The notes under the pieces were generated by a model, which did not search any database, was not told where the DNA came from, and saw only the letters and a list, made by a program, of their open reading frames with translations. A DNA stretch of 37,382 bases from Acidobacteriota bacterium. Its GTDB lineage: Bacteria; Acidobacteriota; Holophagae; Thermotomaculales; Thermotomaculaceae. This document shows, one piece after another, positions 16,360-25,995 of the stretch; position 1 is the stretch's first letter; the number at the start of each line of letters is the position of its first letter. Location: assembly GCA_003650445.1 (NCBI GenBank), contig QMQE01000001.1, positions 1-37,382 of the forward strand, given 5' to 3'. The translations under genes and the position numbers were made by a program.

Positions 16360-17175
16360 TTACGGTTTGTAGACAAAGGCAAACTTCCCCCGGTTTTTTT
16401 CGACAGCTATTCTGTACTCTTCTGAAGTATATTTTCCTGCCAACGATGACCGAAGGGGCAGGATTTGAACCGCAGGCTCCCAATGATAGGGCGTGCCTTC
16501 GCCCTTCAGAAAAATCTTTCCCTCCTCCAACGCCCATGCTGAATCGCTGAGTGAAAGACCTTCGGATTTCATGAAAAGACAAAAGTCTTTGAAACGGGCT
16601 GCGTCTTCCGGCTTATGAAAATGAAAAGTTTCGGAATAAATGTAAGCATTATGAAAATGGTCCGCCACATTGGTTACAGCCTGATATTTCAACCGTAATG
16701 CCATCAGGATGATAGCTGACAATACATCTTTCCCCAATCCCAGTCCCGGATAGTTCTGGCCCGGCAGTCTGGGTTTCTCGTCTGAAAAAGAAGATTTGGG
16801 ATTCTGTAGACACAGCCATTCTACTTTCAGTACCGGGAAAAGCTCATCCAGAGCAGTCTTGCGAACCAGAAGCTCTGCAATTACACGGTCTTTATCAAAG
16901 GGGGGTTCAAAAATCACGAGAAAATGGGAACCATCTTCACGGACCCCGAAACGGATATCTGTCTGCTCATAACCCAGCTCCCTCAGTTTCGCAACAAAAC
17001 CATATCGTTTTAGTGCCAACCTCAAGCCCTGCTCCGAGTAAAAGCCCAGAAAACGCTTAATATCATCTTCAAATAAATTGCCGAGGCAGAGATCGAAAGA
17101 ACAGTCTCTGGACAATTCCGCCGAAGTCAGATGACGATAGGTCCAGCGATATTTCAATGGAATTTTAAACATCAC
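16360..17175 (-). CDS. Hypothetical protein coupled to the deacetylase gene; possible divergent GNAT-like fold
   Basis: The 271-aa ORF overlaps the HDAC-like gene by 11 nt. LPGQNYPGLGLGKDVLSAIILMALRL...HFHNAYIYSETFHF loosely resembles GNAT motif A plus the following beta-strand. This assignment is not verified. Confidence 0.55.
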   Translation of the reverse strand: MMFKIPLKYRWTYRHLTSAELSRDCSFDLCLGNLFEDDIKRFLGFYSEQGLRLALKRYGFVAKLRELGYEQTDIRFGVREDGSHFLVIFEPPFDKDRVIAELLVRKTALDELFPVLKVEWLCLQNPKSSFSDEKPRLPGQNYPGLGLGKDVLSAIILMALRLKYQAVTNVADHFHNAYIYSETFHFHKPEDAARFKDFCLFMKSEGLSLSDSAWALEEGKIFLKGEGTPYHWEPAVQILPLRSSLAGKYTSEEYRIAVEKNRGKFAFVYKP

Positions 17176-18094
17176 ACCGTCCCCGCATCACGCATTTGAT
17201 AAACCGATAGTATAATTTCCATGATTCCTGGCCATATCCACCCCCTGCCAGTATCGCAACGGGACATTTTCGCTCTTTCGCCTGCGACATAACAAAGATG
17301 TCCCGCTCCAGCATTCCTTTGTCAGTCAACTCAAAGGTGCCCAGTGTGTCCTGGTAATGGGGGTCTCCACCCGCCACATACACAACAAGTTCCGGTTGAA
17401 AACTGTCCATAACTTCCGGCAGGGAATTCTTTAACCCCTGCAGATACATCTTATCATCACTGTGATCCGGCAACCTAACATCAAGATTGGTTTTAGAATC
17501 GATAGTATCCCAGTTATCACGGTGAATGGAATAGGTGAAACAACTATCGTCGTCTTGAAACATCAGCGCAGTCCCATTTCCCTGATGGTAATCAAGATCC
17601 ACAACCAACACTCTCTTTTTCCCGAATTCCTGCTGGAACCGGCGGATACCAATGGCAATATCATTCACCGGACAAAAGCCCTCTCCCTTTCCCGGCTTTG
17701 CGTGGTGATAACCGCCACCAAGGTTGAATACCGGTACCTGCTTCTCATACGCGGTCTTCATGGCAAGGATTGTCCCACCGGTGACCCACATAAAAAACTC
17801 GATAATATCCGTATCAAAAGGGCTCACATAGTCCAGAAACAGTATCTTACCAAGCAATTGCGGGTCTTTCAGTTTCTCAACATATTCAGGGCTGTGAACC
17901 AGGAGAAAATCATCCCAGCTTGCCGGGGCCGGTTCCAGAATTTCTTTTGAATGAACAATTTTCTCCTTTAAAAGCGCATTTCGAATCTTTCTGAATTTCG
18001 CACAGTCGAAAGTACTCCGGGGGCCTTTCTCACAGAGACCGAGAAAGTATTCGAAGGAGTAAACGATGTAACTTTTAGGTTGAAAAAAGAGCAT
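17165..18094 (-). CDS. Histone-deacetylase-family (arginase-fold) zinc deacetylase, class IV/HDAC11-like
   Basis: GGGYHHAKPGKGEGFCPVNDIA (His-His pair), VVDLDYHQGNGT (Asp/His zinc ligands), GGDPHYQD and AGGGYG (catalytic Tyr) are all intact. Confidence 0.88.
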   Translation of the reverse strand: MLFFQPKSYIVYSFEYFLGLCEKGPRSTFDCAKFRKIRNALLKEKIVHSKEILEPAPASWDDFLLVHSPEYVEKLKDPQLLGKILFLDYVSPFDTDIIEFFMWVTGGTILAMKTAYEKQVPVFNLGGGYHHAKPGKGEGFCPVNDIAIGIRRFQQEFGKKRVLVVDLDYHQGNGTALMFQDDDSCFTYSIHRDNWDTIDSKTNLDVRLPDHSDDKMYLQGLKNSLPEVMDSFQPELVVYVAGGDPHYQDTLGTFELTDKGMLERDIFVMSQAKERKCPVAILAGGGYGQESWKLYYRFIKCVMRGRCDV

Positions 18095-18677
18095 ATAACC
18101 GCCTTACCTGTTTCTCAGTCTCAGAAAATGAGCCGGAATTATCTATAAGATGATTTACGATTTTCTTTTTTTCCTCAATATCCATCTGGGTCGCGATGAA
18201 CCGCCTTGCGTCCGCTTCAGTCATGTGGTCCCGTTGCATCAGCCGCTGCAATTGGATCGGTTTCGGCGCGTAAACCAGAATCACATCCTTAAACCGTTTG
18301 TGACTGCCGGTTTCAATCAGCAATGCCGCATCCACAATCACGAGGGGAGCGGAAGCGTCTTTCACCAGGGCATCCTCCCGTTCAATAATCGCCGGATGAA
18401 GAATCCTGTTTAATAGAAGCCTGGCCGATTCGTCTTCAATAATTCGTTTTCGAAGCCGTTTTCGGTCTATACCCCCGTCCCCGCTTCTGATATCCGCACC
18501 GAGGCGACTCACCAGTTCTCCGATTATGGGCGAACCCGGCAGGGTCAATTCCCTTGCAATTTTGTCAGCGTCTACAATGAACGCCCCCAACTTCCTGAAC
18601 ATATTGGAAACCACTGATTTCCCGGTTGCAATGCCACCGGTCAAACCGACAACCCTAACTGAGGTCACAGTTTTCAT
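18075..18677 (-). CDS. coaE: Dephospho-CoA kinase
   Basis: VVGLTGGIATGKSVVSNMF..GAFIVDADKIARE, a 200-aa length and a 23-nt overlap with the end of meaB. Confidence 0.9.
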   Translation of the reverse strand: MKTVTSVRVVGLTGGIATGKSVVSNMFRKLGAFIVDADKIARELTLPGSPIIGELVSRLGADIRSGDGGIDRKRLRKRIIEDESARLLLNRILHPAIIEREDALVKDASAPLVIVDAALLIETGSHKRFKDVILVYAPKPIQLQRLMQRDHMTEADARRFIATQMDIEEKKKIVNHLIDNSGSFSETEKQVRRLYALFST

Positions 18678-19617
18678 CCCCTTTGTTTCTCAATGCGTCA
18701 ATCATTTGGCTGGACGCAGAATACGGGTCTGTTTTCCGCCTTGCCAGCTTTAGAACCAAGTTGTTGTACTCGTCTTCTCCCATGGCTTTCTTTGCCTCAG
18801 GCAGAATACGGGCATTCAATATATTTTTAAGGCGATAATCCGCCCGTTCCAGTATCGTTTCCTCAGTCGGACCTGCCCTTCCGCTTCTGTAAAGGATTGA
18901 CAAGACAATATCTTTTAATTCATCTATACCTTCATTCGATATGGCAACGGTACGGACAATTGGAATATTCTTTGAAGAAAGATGATTCAGATATTGAAGC
19001 TGGCTTTCCAGTTTTTCAACACCATTTCGGTCTGCCTTATTAACGACAAAAATATCGGCAATTTCCATAATCCCCGCCTTTATGGCCTGAATTTCGTCGC
19101 CCAGTCCCGGTACCAGCACCACAAGGCTCATTTCACTTACCCGGATTATTTCAACTTCATCCTGCCCCACACCGACTGTTTCAATGACAATCATGTCCAT
19201 CCCTGCGGCATCCATGACATCCACAGCATCCATACATGCATGGGTTAATCCGCCCATCGCACCTCTTGTTGCCATGGACCGGACAAAAACCCCCGGTAAG
19301 GTGGAAATGTTCCGCATCCGAATCCTGTCTCCCAGTACGGCACCGCCGGAGAAGGGGCTGGTGGGATCCACCGCAATCACGCCCACACGCTTTCCCATTC
19401 CGGCTAAACCCGCCACAAGGTGGTTTGTTAAAGTTGATTTTCCTGCTCCGGGAGGCCCGGTAATCCCCAGAATTCGAGCTTTGCCCGTATAGGAATACAA
19501 ATGGCCCATCAACAGCCTGGCGTTCTCAGTCTCATTTTCAACAACAGAAATTGCCCGGGCCAATGCCCGTTCATCTCCTCTGAGCACCCCCCTGGCCAAT
19601 TCCTTCATCGCATCCAC
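18655..19617 (-). CDS. meaB: MeaB/ArgK-type G3E GTPase (methylmalonyl-CoA-mutase-associated chaperone family)
   Basis: GITGPPGAGKSTL (Walker A), IAVDPTSPFSGGAVLGDRIRM, ETVGVGQ and VVNKADR. Confidence 0.88.
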   Translation of the reverse strand: MDAMKELARGVLRGDERALARAISVVENETENARLLMGHLYSYTGKARILGITGPPGAGKSTLTNHLVAGLAGMGKRVGVIAVDPTSPFSGGAVLGDRIRMRNISTLPGVFVRSMATRGAMGGLTHACMDAVDVMDAAGMDMIVIETVGVGQDEVEIIRVSEMSLVVLVPGLGDEIQAIKAGIMEIADIFVVNKADRNGVEKLESQLQYLNHLSSKNIPIVRTVAISNEGIDELKDIVLSILYRSGRAGPTEETILERADYRLKNILNARILPEAKKAMGEDEYNNLVLKLARRKTDPYSASSQMIDALRNKGDENCDLS

Positions 19618-19652
19618 CTGTTTTCTACCACAATATCAGGGTATGCCCAGCC

Positions 19653-20795
19653 TTAATCGCGCAATAATTGCCGTGCAATTACAATTCTCTGGATTTCAGA
19701 AGTCCCTTCACCGATTGTGCCGAGTTTCGCGTCCCGATAAAATTTTTCAACCGGATAGTCCTTGATGTAACCATAACCACCGAAAATTTGAACCGCTTCA
19801 TCCGCAACCCGCACGGCAACTTCAGAAGCATAGAGTTTTGCCATCCCGGAAATCTGGTTCACATTTTTCCCTGCATCCCGCATGGAAGCTGCTTGATATA
19901 CGAGAAGCCTTGCCGCTTCCACCTCAGTTGCCATGTCCGCAAGTTTGAATTGGATTGCCTGAAAAGCCGAAATACTTCGGCCGAATGCCTGCCGTTCTTT
20001 GGCGTATTTCACCGCATGATCCAAAGCGCCCTGTGCCATTCCCAGGCAATAAGCCGCAATAGAGATGCGTCCCCCATCCAGGGTAGCCAGCGCATTGATG
20101 AATCCTTCACCTTCTTTTCCAAGAAGGTTTTCTGCAGGAACTTCTGCATCCTCAAAAATCAGCTCTGATGTATCACTGGCCCGCATTCCCATCTTGTTTT
20201 CTTTTTTTCCGGGATGAAAACCTGGAAAACCCTTCTCCAGAATAAATGCCGATATCCCATGCTTCCCTTTTTCAGGGTCTGTACGCGCCATTACGACGTA
20301 GGTATCGGCGTAGGTTCCATGGGTGATAAAGGTCTTGCTGCCATTCAGTATGTATTTATCCCCGACACGCTTTGCTTTTGTCCGTAAACCGCCCGCGTCC
20401 GAACCGGAGCTGGACTCGGTCAGTCCCCAGGCACCCAGTGCTCTTCCTTCTGCAAGTGGAATCAGATATTTTTCCTTTTGCGCGTCATTGGCAAATTTTT
20501 GAATCTGGCCGGTACAAAGAGAGTTGTGAGCTGCAACTCCAAGGCCGATGCTGCCATCCACACGGGAAATTTCTTCCACAATTGATGCGTATTCTACGTA
20601 GCCATAGCCGGCACCACCCCACTTCTCCGGCACAACGATTCCGAGAAAACCAAGCTCACCCATCTGGAGAAACAGGTCTTTCGGGAAAGTCTGTGCTTCG
20701 TCCCATTCCATAATGTGGGGCCGAATCTCTTTTTCGGCAAAATCACGTGCCGTCTTACGAAGGAGAAGTTGTTCCTCAGAAAAACCAAAATCCAT
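19653..20795 (-). CDS. Acyl-CoA dehydrogenase (short/branched-chain type)
   Basis: The 380-aa ORF contains [28 protein letters not shown] and the C-terminal [15 protein letters not shown] with the catalytic Glu context. Confidence 0.9.
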   Translation of the reverse strand: MDFGFSEEQLLLRKTARDFAEKEIRPHIMEWDEAQTFPKDLFLQMGELGFLGIVVPEKWGGAGYGYVEYASIVEEISRVDGSIGLGVAAHNSLCTGQIQKFANDAQKEKYLIPLAEGRALGAWGLTESSSGSDAGGLRTKAKRVGDKYILNGSKTFITHGTYADTYVVMARTDPEKGKHGISAFILEKGFPGFHPGKKENKMGMRASDTSELIFEDAEVPAENLLGKEGEGFINALATLDGGRISIAAYCLGMAQGALDHAVKYAKERQAFGRSISAFQAIQFKLADMATEVEAARLLVYQAASMRDAGKNVNQISGMAKLYASEVAVRVADEAVQIFGGYGYIKDYPVEKFYRDAKLGTIGEGTSEIQRIVIARQLLRD

Positions 20796-20806
20796 ATCAA
20801 GCCCCC

Positions 20807-22360
20807 TTAATTTTGAGCTGCGACCAGCTTTTTTCCATGAAACTTCTTTGCCCTCCGGTAAAGTGCAATAGATTCCGGGAAGCTGCTCACTGCTTTCTTA
20901 AACTGTTCGTCAATTTTCAGAAACCGACGGGCCCCGGCCTCAAGGCCGAACTTTGCGGATAGAATTTCCTGCTCAATTGTTGTCCGGATATATGCGTTGT
21001 TCTTCTCAAATTCCTTATCGGTGAACTGAATTTTTTTCTCTTTCAAGAATTTCTTGAAAGCCTTTAGAACATTCTTGTCTGCCTTAAACTCTCTGGAAAT
21101 ATCACTGTGAGTGTTGCTATATGCAATTGCAAATCGGAAAAAAGCAGATGTACGGAACCGGAGATTTATAAGAAAACTGTCCAGCGTACCCATTTCCACT
21201 TCCTTATCGGGAGTAATTCCACCCCCGGCATGCACCTTTCTGCCAATCTTTGTTTTGAATATAGGCAGATTCTTCTCTTCTTTTTCAAGCTTCTTATCAC
21301 TGGGATTGAAGTAGTCGGCAAAAGAGCGTGAATAGTCCCGCTGAATGCATCTGCCAGACGCTGTGTAGTATTTTGCAGTGGTCAATGCCAATGCCTCATC
21401 ACTCCCGATTTTGAAGACACTCTGCACAAGCCCCTTGCCCCATGAGGTTTTTCCCACAAGGAGTCCCCGATCATTGTCCTGGATGGAGCCCGCAACAATT
21501 TCAGAACCGGAAGCGCTGCCCCGGTTAATCAACACAACAATAGGTAACTTTTCAAATCCCAGGTCTTTTTTTGCAAAAAAATCAACCCGGTCTGAAGACG
21601 TTCTCCCCTTGATAGAGACCACGAGATCTCCCTTGGGCAGAAAAAGGTCGGAGATGTAAACTGCTGCATTCAATAGCCCGCCAGGGTTATTCCGAAGATC
21701 CAGAACCAGCCGTTTCATCCCCTGTTTTTTCAATTTCTGCAGTGCGTCCAGCATTTCCTTTCCGCTCTTTTCACCAAAACTCTTCAGAAGAATATAGCCG
21801 GTGTCCCGATCCGCCATGAAGGCATATTCCACTGTTCGTTCAGGAATTTCAGCCCTTTCTACTGTAAAATGAAGAAGCTTCTTCACGCCGGGCCGCTTAA
21901 TCGTGATGTTAACCCGGGTTCCCTTCTTCCCCCTCAAAAGAGTGACGGCTCCATTTGTATTCATATCCTCGGTGGACTCACCGTTAATTTCATAAATCAC
22001 ATCACCGGACCTGAGTCCGATTCGGGCAGCAGGTGTATTGGCTATGGGAGCCACCACAGTGATTTTTCCATTCCGCATGGAGATAATCATCCCGATGCCG
22101 TAAAAGCGGCCGACCTGATCTTCCTGCATCCTGCGATAGTCTTCCCGGTTCATAAAAATTGAATGGGGATCCAGTGTCTTCAACATCCCGCCGATGGAGC
22201 CCTCAATGAATTTTTCATAATCGAAAGTTGCCACCGAGTGGGTCCTCAAAAATGCCGACAGGGAAACCAGGCGTCTCAGTCTGGCCTCTTCCGCGGAGGT
22301 CGCTGCAATTAATACCAGGCACAAGACTGCAACCATCATCGCTACCGTTGCTTTTTTCAT
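20807..22360 (-). CDS. S41 C-terminal processing (tail-specific) peptidase with PDZ domain
   Basis: A signal peptide is followed by a PDZ domain ([40 protein letters not shown]). The catalytic Ser lies in RGSASGSEI and the Lys in TSWGKGLVQ. Confidence 0.88.
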   Translation of the reverse strand: MKKATVAMMVAVLCLVLIAATSAEEARLRRLVSLSAFLRTHSVATFDYEKFIEGSIGGMLKTLDPHSIFMNREDYRRMQEDQVGRFYGIGMIISMRNGKITVVAPIANTPAARIGLRSGDVIYEINGESTEDMNTNGAVTLLRGKKGTRVNITIKRPGVKKLLHFTVERAEIPERTVEYAFMADRDTGYILLKSFGEKSGKEMLDALQKLKKQGMKRLVLDLRNNPGGLLNAAVYISDLFLPKGDLVVSIKGRTSSDRVDFFAKKDLGFEKLPIVVLINRGSASGSEIVAGSIQDNDRGLLVGKTSWGKGLVQSVFKIGSDEALALTTAKYYTASGRCIQRDYSRSFADYFNPSDKKLEKEEKNLPIFKTKIGRKVHAGGGITPDKEVEMGTLDSFLINLRFRTSAFFRFAIAYSNTHSDISREFKADKNVLKAFKKFLKEKKIQFTDKEFEKNNAYIRTTIEQEILSAKFGLEAGARRFLKIDEQFKKAVSSFPESIALYRRAKKFHGKKLVAAQN

Positions 22361-22513
22361 ACTCTGCTATGCTCCTTCAACGCCGGGTCATGCTTAAATC
22401 AGCCAACCGGGCAATTCCTGATTTTGTCTGCTTTTGAAGAGCTTTCTCCGTGGTTTAAAACTATCAAATGCCCTTCACTCATCTCCTTCAAACAGTCTCT
22501 GCCGTAATTGTAC

Positions 22514-22538
22514 CAAAAAAAACCCCCCATTCGGGGGG
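22514..22538 (-). terminator. Rho-independent terminator of htpX
   Basis: The minus strand reads CCCCCC-gaat-GGGGGG followed by TTTTTTTTT, about 215 nt downstream of the htpX stop. Confidence 0.8.
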
Positions 22539-22752
22539 TGATTTGTATGAAAAATGGAGGTCACTTAAATTCAGATGCAAGGTCGATGCCACAAATCAGC
22601 AATAACTCTCCACTATAACTCTAAACTCCTGTTTCCTCAGCATATTCCACATCTAATTTCAGATATTGGTACTTTCAGATAAGACAGACTGCGCCAGTTT
22701 TCCTCATCACTATGCCATTGTGGCATGACAAAATAACAGTTTCGCCTTTTTG

Positions 22753-23601
22753 TCAACGTGCCATTTCTTCCAATCTGCGAATCCTCTCCCCGGTAGCGGG
22801 ATGAGTGGCAAACAGAGAAGATATCCGTCGCCCGGAAAATGGGTTCACGATGAACATATGGGCAGTCTGGGGAGTCGCCCGTTTCAACGGAACCTGACGG
22901 GAAAACTGATCCAGTTTTCGCAGGGCACTGGCGAGGTAAAGGGGATTCCCGGAGAATTTTGCGCCGCCGCTGTCAGCAAGATACTCCCTGGAACGGGAAA
23001 TGGCCATCTGAATAATCATAGCAGCCAGCGGGGCAATGAACATGGCAATCAACAAGCCGAAGATCCCACCATCATCGTCATTGGAGCCACCGAATCCACC
23101 AAAAATCGCACCCCATCGTGCGATACTGGCCAATACCATGATTGCGCCGGAAAATACAGCGGCAATGGTGCCAATGAGAATATCCCTGTGCACCACATGG
23201 GCCATCTCATGGCCCAGTACCCCTTTCAATTCATTCCGATCCAGAATCTGGAGTATGCCTTCTGTTACCGCCACTGCCGCGTGGCTGGGATTCCGCCCGG
23301 TCGCAAATGCGTTGGGTGATGACTCCGGCACAATGTAAAGCCTTGGCATGGGAATTCCTGCCGCCACGGACAGTTCCTGCACAATGCCGTACAATTCAGG
23401 TTGTTCCATCTGGGTTACTTCCCTGGCACGGTATCTCTTCAACACAATTTTGTCCGAAAACCAGTAGGAAAAGAAATTAAGACATGCGGCAAAAACCAGT
23501 GCCAGCACCATGCCGCCCTGGCCACCTACCATTCGTCCGATCCACACAAAAAGAAGTGTCATTGCCGTCATCAGAACCATACTCTTAATCCAGTTTGTCA
23601 T
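22753..23601 (-). CDS. htpX: M48 membrane zinc protease HtpX
   Basis: Four hydrophobic segments, HEMAHVVHRD (HExxH) and an EYLADSGGA-type downstream Glu. The ORF is 282 aa. Confidence 0.9.
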   Translation of the reverse strand: MTNWIKSMVLMTAMTLLFVWIGRMVGGQGGMVLALVFAACLNFFSYWFSDKIVLKRYRAREVTQMEQPELYGIVQELSVAAGIPMPRLYIVPESSPNAFATGRNPSHAAVAVTEGILQILDRNELKGVLGHEMAHVVHRDILIGTIAAVFSGAIMVLASIARWGAIFGGFGGSNDDDGGIFGLLIAMFIAPLAAMIIQMAISRSREYLADSGGAKFSGNPLYLASALRKLDQFSRQVPLKRATPQTAHMFIVNPFSGRRISSLFATHPATGERIRRLEEMAR

Positions 23602-23666
23602 TGAAATCCTCCCTGTTGCAATTTCTCATTCTCCCGGATGACAATATAGCCCATCCGGATGTTTTT

Positions 23667-24665
23667 TCAATAGCTTCCTGAAAACTTGTCATCGACAATT
23701 TTTTTTACCATTGCCAGAGAATCCGCATTTTGAATCAGTGACGCAAAATGGTGGCCAAATTTCATATTTTTCGAAAAATACCAGGTGAATTCCTTGATTC
23801 TCCCGAGGAACCGACTCTCCTCAAAATAATCCGAAAAGAGCCGAACAGCTTCCCGGTACACATGAAGGAGAAATTCGCCGTTTATATCCAACTGCTTTCC
23901 TGCAATTTCACTGAAAATCCAGGGCTTCTGTACCGCCGCCCGGCCCACCATGACCCCGTCGCAGCCGGTTTCGTCAATCATGCGAAGACAATCTTCCCGC
24001 CCCTTTACATCTCCGTTCCCGATCACAGGGACTGCCATCAGGGACTTCATGTAGCCAATATATTCCCAGCGGGAAAGCCGTTTCAGTTTTTCCCCGGTTA
24101 TACGAGGATGAATCGTTACCGCCGCTACTTCATTTTCTTTCAGAACTAAGGAAAGATCTGTCAGAAAACCCCGATCCGGTACCTTCCCTAAACGGATTTT
24201 CACCGTTATCGGAACACTGGACACCGCCTTCATGGCGGACAGAATCTTCCCGACCATATCCAGGTCACTCAACAGATGCGCCCCTGCCTTTCTTTTTTTC
24301 GCGATTTCAGGAGCAGGACAGGCAAGGTTCAGATCTACAATATCAGCAGGGCCTTCACAGAGTTTTCGGGTTGCCGCTTCAGCATCTTCCGGACAGGAGG
24401 CAAATATCTGGTAGGAAATGGGATGTTCCGCATCGTCACATTGAACGAAGCCTGGACGGTCAAAAAACTCTGCCGGAAGTGTCCTTGCACTGAGCATCTC
24501 GGTGAACATCAAGCCCGGCGGGCCGTATTTCCTCACCAGCCGCCTGAACGGCAAATGAGTAATTCCAGCCATCGGGGCCAGAACAAGGGCCGGGCTTATG
24601 GCAATATCCGCAATGTCAAAACCCTCTGGAAGTCCCAAAAGGCACCTCTTTTCAGCTTCCGGCAA
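23667..24665 (-). CDS. dus: tRNA-dihydrouridine synthase
   Basis: LAPMAGITHLPFRRL, DLNLACPAP and GNGDV. The ORF is 332 aa and overlaps the pmbA stop by 14 nt. Confidence 0.88.
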   Translation of the reverse strand: MPEAEKRCLLGLPEGFDIADIAISPALVLAPMAGITHLPFRRLVRKYGPPGLMFTEMLSARTLPAEFFDRPGFVQCDDAEHPISYQIFASCPEDAEAATRKLCEGPADIVDLNLACPAPEIAKKRKAGAHLLSDLDMVGKILSAMKAVSSVPITVKIRLGKVPDRGFLTDLSLVLKENEVAAVTIHPRITGEKLKRLSRWEYIGYMKSLMAVPVIGNGDVKGREDCLRMIDETGCDGVMVGRAAVQKPWIFSEIAGKQLDINGEFLLHVYREAVRLFSDYFEESRFLGRIKEFTWYFSKNMKFGHHFASLIQNADSLAMVKKIVDDKFSGSY

Positions 24666-25995
24666 CTACCATCCGTCGAAATCGGACAGATGGTGCCAGA
24701 ATGGAGGAATCCGGGCGGGCATCCGCCGCAATCCCATCAATCCCCGCCAGCATTTCCTGGAAGGTGCTGGAGATGGTAAATTCACTGACCGGATAGCAGA
24801 TTTCCCCGTTTTCTACAAAAAAGCCCTCGGCACCACGGGAATAATCCCCGGTTCGGATATCCGCCCCCTGGCCCATTAGTCCGGTTACAAGGATTCCCTT
24901 TGGCGTTGCCTTTACAAGGTCATTCACTGTTCCAGTACCCGGTTCTATCACAAAATTGCTGCTGCCCCCGGCACAGCCGTTGGGACACATTCCCAGACGG
25001 TTGGCCGCATAAACACCGAGAAGATAATTCTTCAATACCCCTGCATCAACAACGGTAAAGGGCCTGGATCTCACTCCGTCCAGATCAAACAAGCGGGATC
25101 CCATTCCCCTTGGCAGAAATGGATTCTCGTGAATACTGAGTATGCCTGTCGCAATGCTGTCGCCAATGGCATTCCGGAGAAAACTTTCTCCACGATACAA
25201 GCTTGCCCCACTCAGCGCACGGGAAATTCCGGCAAAAAATGAGCGGGAAGAACTGGAATCAAAAATAATCGTGAATTCGCCTGTCGGTGGCTTCCTGGAA
25301 CCGATTTGCCCCACTGTTCGGGAGACCGCCTTTGAAGCCACATCTCCCCGCTTTTCCAAATCTTCGAGATGTATAGCGGATGTGGACCAGCCATTTCTCT
25401 GTTTTCGTCCGACATTGGCTGAATTACCGACATTGTCTTCAACCGTAAGGGATATTCCCATTGAAAATTCGCTCCCTTCGAACCCCTTTGAAAAATCAAA
25501 GGAACAGGCAAAAGCACCTGCAACCCGGGAAGCAGAAACGGCCGCCCCAGCGGAAATCACCCGTTTGTCAAGGGCCAGGGCCTGTTGTTCCAGATCCTTT
25601 GCTTCCGCCAGCAACTGATCAACCGTTCTCGTCTCATAGGCATCATCCACCAGATCCAGCTTCGCGTCCGCAGCACCAATCATTTCCTTTTCGGGAATGA
25701 CATACCACGGGTCCGGTTCCACCACCTGTATCAACTCCCTTACCGACGAAATGAGGAATTCCCTGCCGTCCGGTGAAATATCAGAGCCGCTTGCAGAGGC
25801 GGTTCGTCCATCCCTCGAGGCAACGATAGACATGGAAACACTCTCGGAAAAACTGCTGTTCTCCGGTTTTCCATCCCGAACCTCAACTTCCCTCTCCTCC
25901 GAAGCACTGACAAAAACCCGCACATATTCAAAATCGGATTTTGCCAGTTGAACCATTTCCGCCGCAATCTCACGGTAACTGTCTTTATTCTCCAT
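24652..25995 (-). CDS. pmbA: PmbA/TldE metalloprotease subunit
   Basis: This TldD/PmbA-family ORF lacks HExxxH. The preferred start is ATG 25995 (MENKDSYREIA), overlapping the tldD stop by 11 nt; the track ORF extends to 26061. Confidence 0.85.
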   Translation of the reverse strand: MENKDSYREIAAEMVQLAKSDFEYVRVFVSASEEREVEVRDGKPENSSFSESVSMSIVASRDGRTASASGSDISPDGREFLISSVRELIQVVEPDPWYVIPEKEMIGAADAKLDLVDDAYETRTVDQLLAEAKDLEQQALALDKRVISAGAAVSASRVAGAFACSFDFSKGFEGSEFSMGISLTVEDNVGNSANVGRKQRNGWSTSAIHLEDLEKRGDVASKAVSRTVGQIGSRKPPTGEFTIIFDSSSSRSFFAGISRALSGASLYRGESFLRNAIGDSIATGILSIHENPFLPRGMGSRLFDLDGVRSRPFTVVDAGVLKNYLLGVYAANRLGMCPNGCAGGSSNFVIEPGTGTVNDLVKATPKGILVTGLMGQGADIRTGDYSRGAEGFFVENGEICYPVSEFTISSTFQEMLAGIDGIAADARPDSSILAPSVRFRRMVVAGS

